A stretch of 64,000 nucleotides of DNA from Nitrososphaeria archaeon (GTDB lineage: Archaea; Thermoproteota; Nitrososphaeria; JACIWG01): the NCBI GenBank assembly GCA_050011875.1, contig JBEKIG010000001.1:64001-128000 (forward strand), in the 5' to 3' direction. A program made the position numbers and the translations under genes. This document shows, piece after piece, positions 29,094 to 39,017 of the stretch. The notes under the pieces are model-generated. The model saw only the letters and a list, made by a program, of their open reading frames with translations. It made no database searches and was not told where the DNA came from. Position 1 is the first letter of the stretch. Each line of letters begins with the position of its first letter.

Positions 29094-31700
29094 TTAACCT
29101 TTTACCCACCAATAGTAAAGCGAATCAGCTCCTCCGCCGATCATAACATTCTCTTGATATTGTATGTTTTTGTTATAGCCCGTCATGTATGGTTTTAACA
29201 TCCAGAATGTGTTGGTCTGTTCTGTATATACATACAAGTAGAGGTTTATTGCTATCTGCTCACACTGTTTATAATCCTGCGCAGCCAAGGTACTATTTGT
29301 AGTCGAATCAGCCTGTATAATTAGGTTGTTCATTTCATGGTACTGAGCGGCCTCCGCTGGATAGCCTGAAGAGTTGATAAAACTTGTAGTCCACCCAAGG
29401 CCTGAAGGATAGGCACCTCCCTGTTCGTACATTGCATTGACGTAGTCGCTTGGATAAGGATAGTCAGGCAACCAACCCAAGTTGTAAATTGGCATTGGAT
29501 TCGCACCTGGCGCCAGTTCTCCTATGATGGTAGTGAAGGCTTGGTACTCAGGCACAGCGTTTATGTTGGGGTCCATTTGGTGAAGTGCTGCAGCCCACAT
29601 TTGGAAAGCGGCGTAATCCACTATATCGCCCGAAGCTACTATAATGGGTAGTGTTACAGATGTATTATACTCACCTGACTCCTGCATCAATTGAGTGGCA
29701 TAGGTAAGGTTGTAGGTAGGAATTCCTGTGAGCTGGCTCGGTGGCACATAGTCAGCCATTCCATTGGGTATAACCCCTGCATAGGAACTTCCAAAGTTAG
29801 CTCCATATACCGAATTCCCCAGAATCTCGTCTAGAAAATTGGTTTCATTCCAGGAATAGCAGAATGCTTCCCTGACTAAAGTATTAGCGAAGTAACCGGA
29901 TGGAATGTTGAAGTTGGAACCGAACACCGATTTCATTAGTGTGGTAGAAGTATTGAAGTTGAATGGATTGAAGAATATATCTAGTGTTGGAAACGAATAC
30001 AGCGAAGTCTGCCCCTTTGCTACCTGTTGTTTGACTAATGGCATATAACTGCTAGGTAGACCAGTCACTATGTCAGCCTGTCCACTTGTGAATAGATCGT
30101 AGGCAGTTGTAGGATCCTTGACCCATTGAATCGATACAGTATCGTTAGGTGTTGGTATACTTGGTACGCTTTGGAATCCTTTGTTAGGTGTCAACACAAC
30201 TGATTGGCCGGGTACGTAGCTCTCTATTTGGTAAGGACCGGAGGCCACTGTGCTGAATTGAACCTTTAGGTTATAATCCCCTTCATTACCTTGACTTTGA
30301 TAAGCGTAGAAGCCTGCGGGTGTAAATGTTATCCCAGCTCCAACGTTCTGTAACCAAGCGGAATCCAGTACTCCTGCTCCCATCGGAAATGCCAAAGCCG
30401 TAAAGAATAAACCTGGCGCTGTTGACACAGCAAGGTGGAATGTAACCGTATCCGTCACATTGTTATACGACACTCCATTCATTATAGCATTAAAGTCCGC
30501 AGTATCATTAGCAGCATTCATTATAGGTACAAAGGGAACCAAGTTCGGTATGAGATATTGTGATAGTATCCAGTCGGCAGTGCCTGGTGCCCCTCCTTGG
30601 AATAACATGCACCTAATAGCTGTATACCATACATCGTAAGCGGTTATAGGATCTCCATTAGAGAATTTCATGCCGCTCCTTATGGTGAACGTATATGAAG
30701 TATAGTTGGCGTTTATTCCTCCATTCTGAACCGTTGGGACTGACGCTGCCAGCATGGGCAGGAACTGGGATGGAGATGATCCATTATAAACTATAAGCGT
30801 CCCCGCTATATTATATATAACCTCAGCCCCCACCGACTCATAATCCACCTGTGGATCGAACGAATATGGGCCTCCGGGAATGTTTTCAACTGTGTTTATA
30901 ATTGAAGGATTGGGGACATTTCCGCTGTATTTATAGAGAATATACGGTTGAGTTGAGGAACTCACAGCTACCGTTTGCTCAACGGTCAGGCTATACTTCT
31001 GGAGGCTGCTTGCGTTTTCCGTGATCAAGGTCAAACTGACTGGATATAGACCTGGATTAGCGTAAGACACGCTCACTGGGTTTGTAACTGGAAGAAATGT
31101 TGAACTATCAGCTAAGACGTCTTGAGTTTTTCCGTTGCCAAAGTTCCATACATATTCATATATGCTCATGTTGTTGCCCGTCGGTGGTAAATGGTAACCT
31201 CCTGTTAGAACTACAGGTGTGTTAACATTGACTACGGGTTCCGTAGGATTAACGGTCGAATTAAGTACGATAACTGGAATTGATACTAACGGTGCTAAAG
31301 TAGAGTTAACTACAGGAGTAACCTGTATTAACGTTGTCACGTTATCTGTAGAAGCTACTACTTTACCGTTGTAAGTTTCTTGTGCTGCGACCAGATATGC
31401 ACCTGAATTAGCATAAGCATGGGTAATACTAGCGGCTTTAGCCGATTGGCCATCTCCGAAGGATATGTTAAGAGAACCACCAGATACTGCTCCGTACACT
31501 GAAAATGTTATACCTACCCCTTGTTCACCTGTTAAACTAGTAGTCGCAAGAGAAATTGCGGTTATAGTAGGTCCATGTGATGTAGACAGATAGAAACCTG
31601 CTACAATAGCTATTATCAATATCACTATAATTATTGCTACGATTGCTGATTTCGCGATTGCTTTCCTCGCACGTTTGTCGAAGAACATGTTCATCATCAT
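29094..31700 (-). CDS. oppA: Peptide ABC substrate-binding protein (family 5) with N-terminal PKD domains
   Basis: PKD motifs SFGDG and WNFGNG; SBP5 motifs YTFTIRSGMKFSNGDPITAYDV, SGPY, GWLPDYPYP. Confidence 0.9.
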   Translation of the reverse strand: MMMNMFFDKRARKAIAKSAIVAIIIVILIIAIVAGFYLSTSHGPTITAISLATTSLTGEQGVGITFSVYGAVSGGSLNISFGDGQSAKAASITHAYANSGAYLVAAQETYNGKVVASTDNVTTLIQVTPVVNSTLAPLVSIPVIVLNSTVNPTEPVVNVNTPVVLTGGYHLPPTGNNMSIYEYVWNFGNGKTQDVLADSSTFLPVTNPVSVSYANPGLYPVSLTLITENASSLQKYSLTVEQTVAVSSSTQPYILYKYSGNVPNPSIINTVENIPGGPYSFDPQVDYESVGAEVIYNIAGTLIVYNGSSPSQFLPMLAASVPTVQNGGINANYTSYTFTIRSGMKFSNGDPITAYDVWYTAIRCMLFQGGAPGTADWILSQYLIPNLVPFVPIMNAANDTADFNAIMNGVSYNNVTDTVTFHLAVSTAPGLFFTALAFPMGAGVLDSAWLQNVGAGITFTPAGFYAYQSQGNEGDYNLKVQFSTVASGPYQIESYVPGQSVVLTPNKGFQSVPSIPTPNDTVSIQWVKDPTTAYDLFTSGQADIVTGLPSSYMPLVKQQVAKGQTSLYSFPTLDIFFNPFNFNTSTTLMKSVFGSNFNIPSGYFANTLVREAFCYSWNETNFLDEILGNSVYGANFGSSYAGVIPNGMADYVPPSQLTGIPTYNLTYATQLMQESGEYNTSVTLPIIVASGDIVDYAAFQMWAAALHQMDPNINAVPEYQAFTTIIGELAPGANPMPIYNLGWLPDYPYPSDYVNAMYEQGGAYPSGLGWTTSFINSSGYPAEAAQYHEMNNLIIQADSTTNSTLAAQDYKQCEQIAINLYLYVYTEQTNTFWMLKPYMTGYNKNIQYQENVMIGGGADSLYYWWVKG

Positions 31701-31923
31701 ATCTAATTATTACTATAAAACTCTTTCGCTGCATCATGTCGCTGAGACCAATTTTTATCTTTATGGAAATAATATTAAACATGCCACAGTTCTAAATAAC
31801 ATTTATTAGATTGACATTAAGAGGGACAAAGTATGTCTCAATCTTTTAAAAAGAGAGAGAATTTCTTTCCTTTTAGACTAATTTATCATTTTTGTTTTAT
31901 GATTAAAGGCGCTAGATAAAATA

Positions 31924-32946
31924 GTGAATACCATTATGGTTAACCTTTTAAAATCACATTCTAATAAACTCATTATTTTGATCATAGTTATTTGTATAAT
32001 ATTCATTTTAGTTATAGTGCCATTTATTCCCGGCTCTGTAGAGAAGGTCTCTATAAGTACGGTTCAAGAAAAACTCTACCCTGTCTACACAAATAGTGGT
32101 TTCGAAGATGCGGTTGGAGAAAAAGTGAACGGCTGGAACCTTTTAAACGGTTCAAAGCTCAGCAGGACAATTGTTTACGATGGGAACAATGCTATCAACA
32201 TGACTCCTTCGAATCCCTCGATTATCCCTCAGATAATTTACGTAGGAAATAACGCGACGACAAGATACATTATTGGAGGCAACGTGATAGCATCCTTGGC
32301 TGTCAAGGCCTTAAACGCACTCAATGGCTCAAAACCATCTTACTTGAATGTTGAATCGGTAATCTTATACATTGGACCAACAAACGTGACTACTTTCCTA
32401 TTCAACCTCGTATTATACAGGAATATGCCGAACGTAAGCGAGGGTGTGGCGTACAAAAATTACGGTATTATCGCATACAAAAATTTAGAGAATTCTGATG
32501 ATTGGTTTGAATACTCCCTCCAGATGTCGCAGATGACCGGTGCCTTCTCTAACTACCTTAGCAGTTGGAAAGGTATAGACGCTAAACCAACCGATAGATA
32601 CGAAATGCTGGGCCTAAGCGTTTGGTGCGATAATCTTGTAGCCTATGTCGACGACGCATCAATTTACTTGATCGAACCGGAATGGATAATTGCCACAATG
32701 AAATCTAACTCCATTATACCGATGAACGTGTTCTTGTCTGACGTCGAAATAAACGGGAGCACACCTACACAATTTTACACAAAGCCTAATCTTGTGACAC
32801 CCTTTTCAACGTTCGACCTCTACACTTTTGTTCCATATACGCCTTCGAATGGTTCCGTAAACATTGTAACAGTTCGATTTGGAACAGGGCAAACAATTCA
32901 ATTCCAGTTCAAAGAGGAGACTAGAAGAGTATGGGTAATTCTGTAA
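31924..32946 (+). CDS. Membrane-anchored secreted protein with CBM-like (NSGFE..GW) and beta-rich domains
   Basis: N-terminal hydrophobic helix, NSGFED...GW, many N-x-S/T sequons; overlaps signal peptidase gene. Confidence 0.6.
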   Translation: MNTIMVNLLKSHSNKLIILIIVICIIFILVIVPFIPGSVEKVSISTVQEKLYPVYTNSGFEDAVGEKVNGWNLLNGSKLSRTIVYDGNNAINMTPSNPSIIPQIIYVGNNATTRYIIGGNVIASLAVKALNALNGSKPSYLNVESVILYIGPTNVTTFLFNLVLYRNMPNVSEGVAYKNYGIIAYKNLENSDDWFEYSLQMSQMTGAFSNYLSSWKGIDAKPTDRYEMLGLSVWCDNLVAYVDDASIYLIEPEWIIATMKSNSIIPMNVFLSDVEINGSTPTQFYTKPNLVTPFSTFDLYTFVPYTPSNGSVNIVTVRFGTGQTIQFQFKEETRRVWVIL

Positions 32947-33461
32947 AAAAGCATTGGAAAAAGATTGAAATCGCTGAAGATATCGTTATTGTAGTCCTCT
33001 TTATAACCCTTGCAATACTTCTAATAAATGTTGCATTTGGGAACTCTCCATTCTGGTATGTTGAAGGAATCAGCATGCATCCTACCCTACAAAGTGGAGA
33101 CCTTATCATAATAGTTCGAACACCTTTCGACAACTTAAAGGTAGGAGACATTATTGTCTATTACAGCCACGTCTACAACTTCAGGATCGTGCATCGAATA
33201 ATAGAGATAGAGAATATAAGCGGCCAAGAGGCTTTAATAACCAAAGGCGACAACAATCTCGGACCAGACCCTTTATATGTAACAAAGGCCGATTACATTG
33301 GAAAATATACTGGGATAAGAATCCCATATGTTGGTTTCCTTTATCAAGCTCTAGCGCCTCCTGTAAACTATTTCATAATAGCCGTTCTTGTAATATACTT
33401 GATATACATTGATTTATACACACCCCTAAAAAATAAGCAAAACGCTTCTAAGGCATTGTGA
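32931..33461 (+). CDS. Signal peptidase I (archaeal Sec11/SipW type)
   Basis: GISMHPTL..GD, IVHRII, TKGDNN, IPYVG. Confidence 0.93.
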   Translation: MGNSVKKHWKKIEIAEDIVIVVLFITLAILLINVAFGNSPFWYVEGISMHPTLQSGDLIIIVRTPFDNLKVGDIIVYYSHVYNFRIVHRIIEIENISGQEALITKGDNNLGPDPLYVTKADYIGKYTGIRIPYVGFLYQALAPPVNYFIIAVLVIYLIYIDLYTPLKNKQNASKAL

Positions 33462-33701
33462 ATTTAATTAAAAATATCAATGATGTAAGACGAAAACGTA
33501 AGATGGCGTTTACAAACTCTTTACTGTACAAAACTTTCGTTTTTTTATAACCTGTGTAGAAAAGTTTATCGAAGTAGATATAAAACTGATCTTCTATTAA
33601 CTCTAGAATGATTAAAAAATTATTATTAGATTAGGTTAAGCTCGAACTCATTCAAAAGTTTTATATCATCAAATATAGAAATTGATATGGGCGAATTCTA
33701 A

Positions 33702-34886
33702 TTGGTTTCAGTTAAAATCCTTGATAATTTGTTCTGGGTAGGAATTAATGATAATAGAAACATCTTATTTGAAGGATTGTGGCCTATACCTCAGGGCATA
33801 ACTTACAATTCGTACATTATCAAAGGCTTAGAGAAAACGGTGCTGATAGATACTGTGGACAAGTTCTATTCAAAAGAGTTCTTAGCAAATGTTAAGGAAG
33901 TCGTCGAACCTTCAAAGATCGACCATATAATTCTAAATCACTTGGAACCAGATCACAGCGGATCTCTTGAGGAAATTCTAAAGTATGCACCTAAAGCAAA
34001 AGTTATTGGATCACAGATGGCAATTAATATAGCAAAGGCATACTACCATCAAGACTTCAATAATCTAGCGGTCAAAGATGGTGAGATAATATCACTTGGT
34101 GACCGCACATTAAAAATTATTACTGCCCCTTGGATTCATTGGCCTGAGACAATCTTTACTTATGATGTAGAGGATCAAGTTTTATTTTCAGGCGATGCCT
34201 TTGGAACCTTTGGCGCCGTGAACGGAAATTTATTTGACGATCAAAAAAATGTTCCATCTTATGAGATTGAAATGAAGAGATATTTTGCAGATATAATTTC
34301 CCATTATTCACAGTTCGTCATCAAAGCAGGTGAAAAGATTCAAAATCTTCCGATAAAAATTCTCTGCACAACACACGGCACAATTTACAGGAATAATCCG
34401 AACTATCCTATATCTAAATATCTTCTATGGAGTTCAGGTAAAGATGAAAATAAAGTTCTGATCATTTATGGGAGCATGTATGGACATACAAAAGAATGTG
34501 CAGAGTACTTTGGAGCAAAATTAAGAGAAAAAGGGATAAATGTTATCCTACGTGATTTGGGTATAGTTCATCCAAGTTATGTTTTAACAGATATATTAGA
34601 TTCAAAGGTGGTTATGATAGGATCACCAACCTATGATGGTCAAATATTCCCGCTTGTATCGAATATTATTGAATACATGACGATAAAGCATGTTCGACCT
34701 AAGATTTTTGCGATTTTCACAAACTATAGCTGGGGTAGTAATATTATCGATACTCTAAAAGGCAGGCTTTCAGAAATAGGCATGAGGGTTTTAGAACCAC
34801 AACTGCTGGTGAAAGGTAAAATATCTGAAGAAGATAAAAAGAAAGCCGACATACTTGTCGAGAATATAGTTAATGTCCTTCAATAG
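33702..34886 (+). CDS. fprA: Flavodiiron protein (O2/NO reductase)
   Basis: TYNSY, HLEPDHSG, HWPE, SGDAFG, flavodoxin YGSMYGHT and GSPTY. Confidence 0.94.
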   Translation: MVSVKILDNLFWVGINDNRNILFEGLWPIPQGITYNSYIIKGLEKTVLIDTVDKFYSKEFLANVKEVVEPSKIDHIILNHLEPDHSGSLEEILKYAPKAKVIGSQMAINIAKAYYHQDFNNLAVKDGEIISLGDRTLKIITAPWIHWPETIFTYDVEDQVLFSGDAFGTFGAVNGNLFDDQKNVPSYEIEMKRYFADIISHYSQFVIKAGEKIQNLPIKILCTTHGTIYRNNPNYPISKYLLWSSGKDENKVLIIYGSMYGHTKECAEYFGAKLREKGINVILRDLGIVHPSYVLTDILDSKVVMIGSPTYDGQIFPLVSNIIEYMTIKHVRPKIFAIFTNYSWGSNIIDTLKGRLSEIGMRVLEPQLLVKGKISEEDKKKADILVENIVNVLQ

Positions 34887-35241
34887 AAGAGGTAATTCCC
34901 CCTATTTTTATGTGAAGATTATTACGCAGGATTTATAATCCCGGATGTCGCATTTTCTCTTGGAAATTTAACTAATTGAAAAGAGAACTTTCCCAAATTG
35001 GTTCAAACTCCACTTACTTTAGCTCTTCTTTTAGATCTATATGTGATCACATAAGCATAGTAAACTTGACTGATTTTGGAATTAACGACAGATCTGGCAT
35101 TTGCTATTGTCATAGGATTCCTATTTTTTGGTCGGGTTGATATAGCTCTTATGGTTGGATTGGGGGCATTCTTGCCTAACCATTCTATTGATTGATTAAT
35201 TGTCCTATTCTGTTCCTTTGAGCAATTGTTAACAAGCAACA

Positions 35242-35712
35242 TTACGCCTCAAGTTCCAATCGTTTCTTATCTTTCTCTAGTAGCCAGAAACCAAATAAAG
35301 CACCAAAAAAAATAACGCTTACACTTTTTGTATAAAAGGTATTAGGAAATTCAGAAAAATGCTGGTTAAGAATAGTCTGTGTACTCCAATTCATCATCCC
35401 ATCAATCAGTTCATAGCTGGATGCAGCCATTGTCAAAAAAAGCCATCCCTGAAAATAACTATAAAGTCTTATCATAGGATTCTTCTCACGAAAAAAGAAT
35501 AAAGAAGTGAAAATCACAAAGGCTAAAGCACTATACGCAAGCAAACTAACATAAAGAAGCCTAAAATTCATTACCCCTGGAATCGAGAACAGATTAAAGA
35601 AGTAGTCGTAGAGATTACCGTGAATTAGAGTGAGAATTATACCTGACAAGGCGGCCAAGACCGTTATTAATTCCAAAACTTTTACTTTTTTTAGTTCAGG
35701 AATTCTTTTCAT
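35242..35712 (-). CDS. Hypothetical membrane protein (about 4 TM)
   Basis: 156-aa ORF with four hydrophobic segments. Confidence 0.6.
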   Translation of the reverse strand: MKRIPELKKVKVLELITVLAALSGIILTLIHGNLYDYFFNLFSIPGVMNFRLLYVSLLAYSALAFVIFTSLFFFREKNPMIRLYSYFQGWLFLTMAASSYELIDGMMNWSTQTILNQHFSEFPNTFYTKSVSVIFFGALFGFWLLEKDKKRLELEA

Positions 35713-35890
35713 CTTGATACACCATTATTAAGTATGGAGCGATATCCAATATGTTAACCTATATATAACAATTGGTGGTGCGCACAATTTAAAGTTCTTC
35801 TTAGCGAGCTGACTAGAACTAGTCACACGCCACAACATCGGAGTGAAAGATGGAGAGGAGAAATACAAAAAAACATGCGCCGGTGATTGA

Positions 35891-36523
35891 CTACCTTCCT
35901 GCCAGACTATCGATAAGCACCTTCGCTCTCTCTACGTTGAAAATTCCACATGTGCAACACTTCGCTATAGTTCTCGCAGCTTCATCAGAAGAGATTCTGC
36001 CCAACTTCACATCGTTAGCTAGTTTTGTAACAAGATTTCTTGAAATCATTCCATGGCCACACATCGTCATTATATCGAGTACCTCAGATTGCTTGGGCAA
36101 TAGCTCTGTTTTACCCCAGATTCCTAGCGATGTCATTACTGTATGTGGTCTCAATCCGACTTCTTGAACCGCACTTGAGACCTCATCGTATAATCCGCTA
36201 ACTACTACGGACATTCCGAGATCGGCTTCTTTCAATGCTTTTACAACTTTTTTTACGGTTTCAATTTCTCTGTATACTCCGTGAAAGATGCTTGTGTCAG
36301 TTGCTTTTTTAACAATGCTTTCAAAGTTATAGTCTCTCGTCCATATGCTTCCTGTCTTCATGTCACCCATGTTGATAGGATTAAATCCTGCCATTATCTT
36401 GAGTGCTTCAACAAGTTTTGGCGTAGCACCAGCATCATTAAATCCTCGACATGACATCACTAGCACAACGTAATCTTTTTTTAGCGAGCTTGTATCTCCA
36501 GTTCTATGTAATGTATGAGTCAT
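35891..36523 (-). CDS. Conserved hypothetical protein with C-terminal Cys motifs (partner of adjacent 4Fe-4S protein)
   Basis: MTHTLHR start, GMSVVVSG, SLGIWG, TMCGHGMI, CCTCGIFN; 3 nt from upstream gene. Confidence 0.8.
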   Translation of the reverse strand: MTHTLHRTGDTSSLKKDYVVLVMSCRGFNDAGATPKLVEALKIMAGFNPINMGDMKTGSIWTRDYNFESIVKKATDTSIFHGVYREIETVKKVVKALKEADLGMSVVVSGLYDEVSSAVQEVGLRPHTVMTSLGIWGKTELLPKQSEVLDIMTMCGHGMISRNLVTKLANDVKLGRISSDEAARTIAKCCTCGIFNVERAKVLIDSLAGR

Positions 36524-36526
36524 ATT

Positions 36527-37270
36527 TTACAACCTCATTTTTTCGTGCACCCTTTCAGGGGCTTTAGGTCTACCTAAACCTAGATTGATTTTCATGTTCG
36601 GTTTATAGGGTATACCCATTCTATCAAGAATATTAAATATTGGTATTGTGCCATCTACTCGCACTCTACTCGCTAGACCTACTGAAATAACGGTGTTTAT
36701 CTTCCCAGACACATCTTTTAAAGTATTCAGAGTATTCTCCAATTGATTAATTTTAAACTTGCACTCTATGATAGGTTGAAGTACACGAACTTCCCTTAAT
36801 CTTTCATCCTTCAGCCTTCCTGTTGATTCATCGAAGAGGCCTGTAAGAGGGTTCTCTTTTTCAAACATGACTCCCAGCATGACCAAAGCCATAAAGACCT
36901 TCTCAACATCTTCGAATAATGTGGAGATTCCTGGTCTTCCAAAGTCCAGTGCGAGGGCCACTTCTCCATACCCAAGCCTACCTGTAACTTCATTAGTCTT
37001 TACTTCTTCGGTTCCTCTACCAGCCATCCTTGTAGTCGCCCAGTCCTTGGTCGGTACAGCAAAATTCCACATGAGATCTCTTGGAAATACAAGTTCTGCG
37101 GGGCGCATAGCGTCAACTGGGCATTGGAAGATTTTATAGCAAACCCAGCACTCTACACATTTTTTTTGGTCTATGTTTGCCTTCTTTTCCTTCATCATAC
37201 TGATGGCACTTACAGGACACCAAGGAATACACATAGCACAACCTACACATTTATCAGCATTTATTTCCAA
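36527..37270 (-). CDS. 4Fe-4S dicluster protein with uncharacterised C-terminal domain
   Basis: CVGCAMCIPWCP, CVECWVC...CPVDA, GRGTEEVKTNEVTGR, GRPG, KINLGLG. Confidence 0.85.
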   Translation of the reverse strand: MEINADKCVGCAMCIPWCPVSAISMMKEKKANIDQKKCVECWVCYKIFQCPVDAMRPAELVFPRDLMWNFAVPTKDWATTRMAGRGTEEVKTNEVTGRLGYGEVALALDFGRPGISTLFEDVEKVFMALVMLGVMFEKENPLTGLFDESTGRLKDERLREVRVLQPIIECKFKINQLENTLNTLKDVSGKINTVISVGLASRVRVDGTIPIFNILDRMGIPYKPNMKINLGLGRPKAPERVHEKMRL

Positions 37271-37358
37271 TTAAATAAACCTCAACGCAAGAGCGATAGT
37301 TACCCTTAATAAATATTTTAAAAACCATAAAAACGGAATTTGTTGACCAAGATTGCGT

Positions 37359-37606
37359 TTAAGGATTTTGGACATCATTAACCGCCCCATCTTTAATAAC
37401 GGATGCATAAGATAAGTCCAAGCAGTCCGTTGCGAAACCAACAAATTTTTCCCTAGGATATTTCTCAAATAAGGCTTGAAAGTGCTTTCTTAGTCCTCGT
37501 TCCGCATCATCCTCCTTCGTTAAATTTACCTTTATTTCGAAAATATTGAATCCGCACTACCTCTTACGCCCAGAACTTTACTACCTAATTTATTCTCTAA
37601 ATGCCA
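37359..37606 (-). pseudogene. Remnant of N-terminal nuclease domain of a type IIG-like restriction-modification enzyme
   Basis: Two frames join to LENKLGSKVLGVRGSADSIF / IFEIKVNLTKEDDAERGLRKHFQAL...KFVGFATD (D...ExK and ATD pattern); frameshifted and truncated. Confidence 0.55.
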
Positions 37607-37726
37607 TAATTAATTTACATTATTCAATACTATATCCTAAAAAATATAATAGGATTTTTAGAGTAAACTTTATAGACTATATAAACTCTTTTATATACCT
37701 AATTTATACATATTTAACGAGAAGTA

Positions 37727-38287
37727 ATGTCTAAGGGAAAACGAATTGTCAGCATCGAAAATGTTGTTGCTTCAGCTTCCGTTAATCAAAACATAAATCT
37801 AATAGAAATCACAAGAAGGTTTACAAATGTTGAATACAGACCGGACCAGTTCCCAGGATTAGTCTTCAGACTTAAAACACCTAAAACAGCTACGTTAATT
37901 TTTAGTTCCGGAAAGATGGTTTGCACAGGTGGAAAGTCTGAGGAGCAAGCTTTCAAAGCTGTTCACATGGTCGCTAAAATGCTCAAGGAGGGGGGAATAG
38001 AAATTACAAATGAGCCTGTAATAGAGATACAGAATATTGTGGCATCTGCCAGTTTAGGTGGGAGAGTAGATTTAGAAGAGGCAGCAAGGAAGCTTCCTAG
38101 ATCTATGTATGAGCCTGAACAATTCCCTGGTCTAATCCACAGAATGCTTAAACCTAAGACGGTTATACTACTTTTTGCAAGCGGAAAGCTCGTTTGCACT
38201 GGAGCGAAGAAGGAGCAAGAGGTTTATGAAGCCGTCTCTAACCTGCACCAGACCCTTGAGGAGCTTGCCTTAATGGTTTATCAATAG
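37727..38287 (+). CDS. tbp: TATA-box binding protein
   Basis: Two repeats ENVVAS...PDQFPGL...FSSGKMVCTG and QNIVAS...YEPEQFPGL...FASGKLVCTG. Confidence 0.98.
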   Translation: MSKGKRIVSIENVVASASVNQNINLIEITRRFTNVEYRPDQFPGLVFRLKTPKTATLIFSSGKMVCTGGKSEEQAFKAVHMVAKMLKEGGIEITNEPVIEIQNIVASASLGGRVDLEEAARKLPRSMYEPEQFPGLIHRMLKPKTVILLFASGKLVCTGAKKEQEVYEAVSNLHQTLEELALMVYQ

Positions 38288-38387
38288 TGAAATTCCAAAT
38301 AGTTATCCCTTTTTCTTTACAAATCGTTAAATAAGATATGAGATGACCCATAATAAATTTTAAGAATTGCTCGTTTTACCGCATAAG

Positions 38388-39017
38388 CTATTTTGGACCT
38401 ATCTGTTTTAGAACCGCAGTATACTCCTCTTCATTTATGATGTCGTTGGCATATAGCTCTTTTGTGAGTTCCGTTACTTTGGCGACATAGTGAATATTGA
38501 CACCTAATTTCTTAAGATTCTCGATTCCACCTTCCTCTCTGTCTACTAGAACAATTGAATCTTCTATTTCACATCCTTCAGCAGAGATCTTTTCCTTTGA
38601 ATTAATAAGAGAAGAACCGGTCGTTATTAGGTCGTCTACAAGGAGCACTCGATCACCTGGTTTTATCAGACCTTCAATGTTTCTTTGTGTGCCGTGTTGC
38701 CTATCTTCTTTCCTTATATATATAAGAGGCTTCTCCAAAGATAAGGCTATTACAGAAGCAAAGACAAGACCCGAAGTTGGTATACCGCATATGATATCAA
38801 ACTTTGATAAACCTATTTCTTTAACTATGCTCTTGCAATACATATCTATGATCTTTTTGAAGATTGGAGGATAACTTGGTACCAGTCTGAGATCGATGTA
38901 ATAGCTGCTCATCTTTCCACTAGTTAACGTGAAAACACCAAATTTTAGAGCCTGAGTCTTGACAAGAGATTTAGCAAGTTCCCTAACAAATGAAGACTTT
39001 TCTATTTCCCAGCTCAT
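38388..39017 (-). CDS. pyrE: Orotate phosphoribosyltransferase
   Basis: FTLTSGKMSSYYIDLR, YIRKE...HG, PRPP loop LLVDDLITTG. Confidence 0.95.
   Translation of the reverse strand: MSWEIEKSSFVRELAKSLVKTQALKFGVFTLTSGKMSSYYIDLRLVPSYPPIFKKIIDMYCKSIVKEIGLSKFDIICGIPTSGLVFASVIALSLEKPLIYIRKEDRQHGTQRNIEGLIKPGDRVLLVDDLITTGSSLINSKEKISAEGCEIEDSIVLVDREEGGIENLKKLGVNIHYVAKVTELTKELYANDIINEEEYTAVLKQIGPK

Noticed and set aside
35003-35242. 79-aa ORF downstream of the membrane protein
   Set aside because: No recognisable motif; may be decayed or spurious
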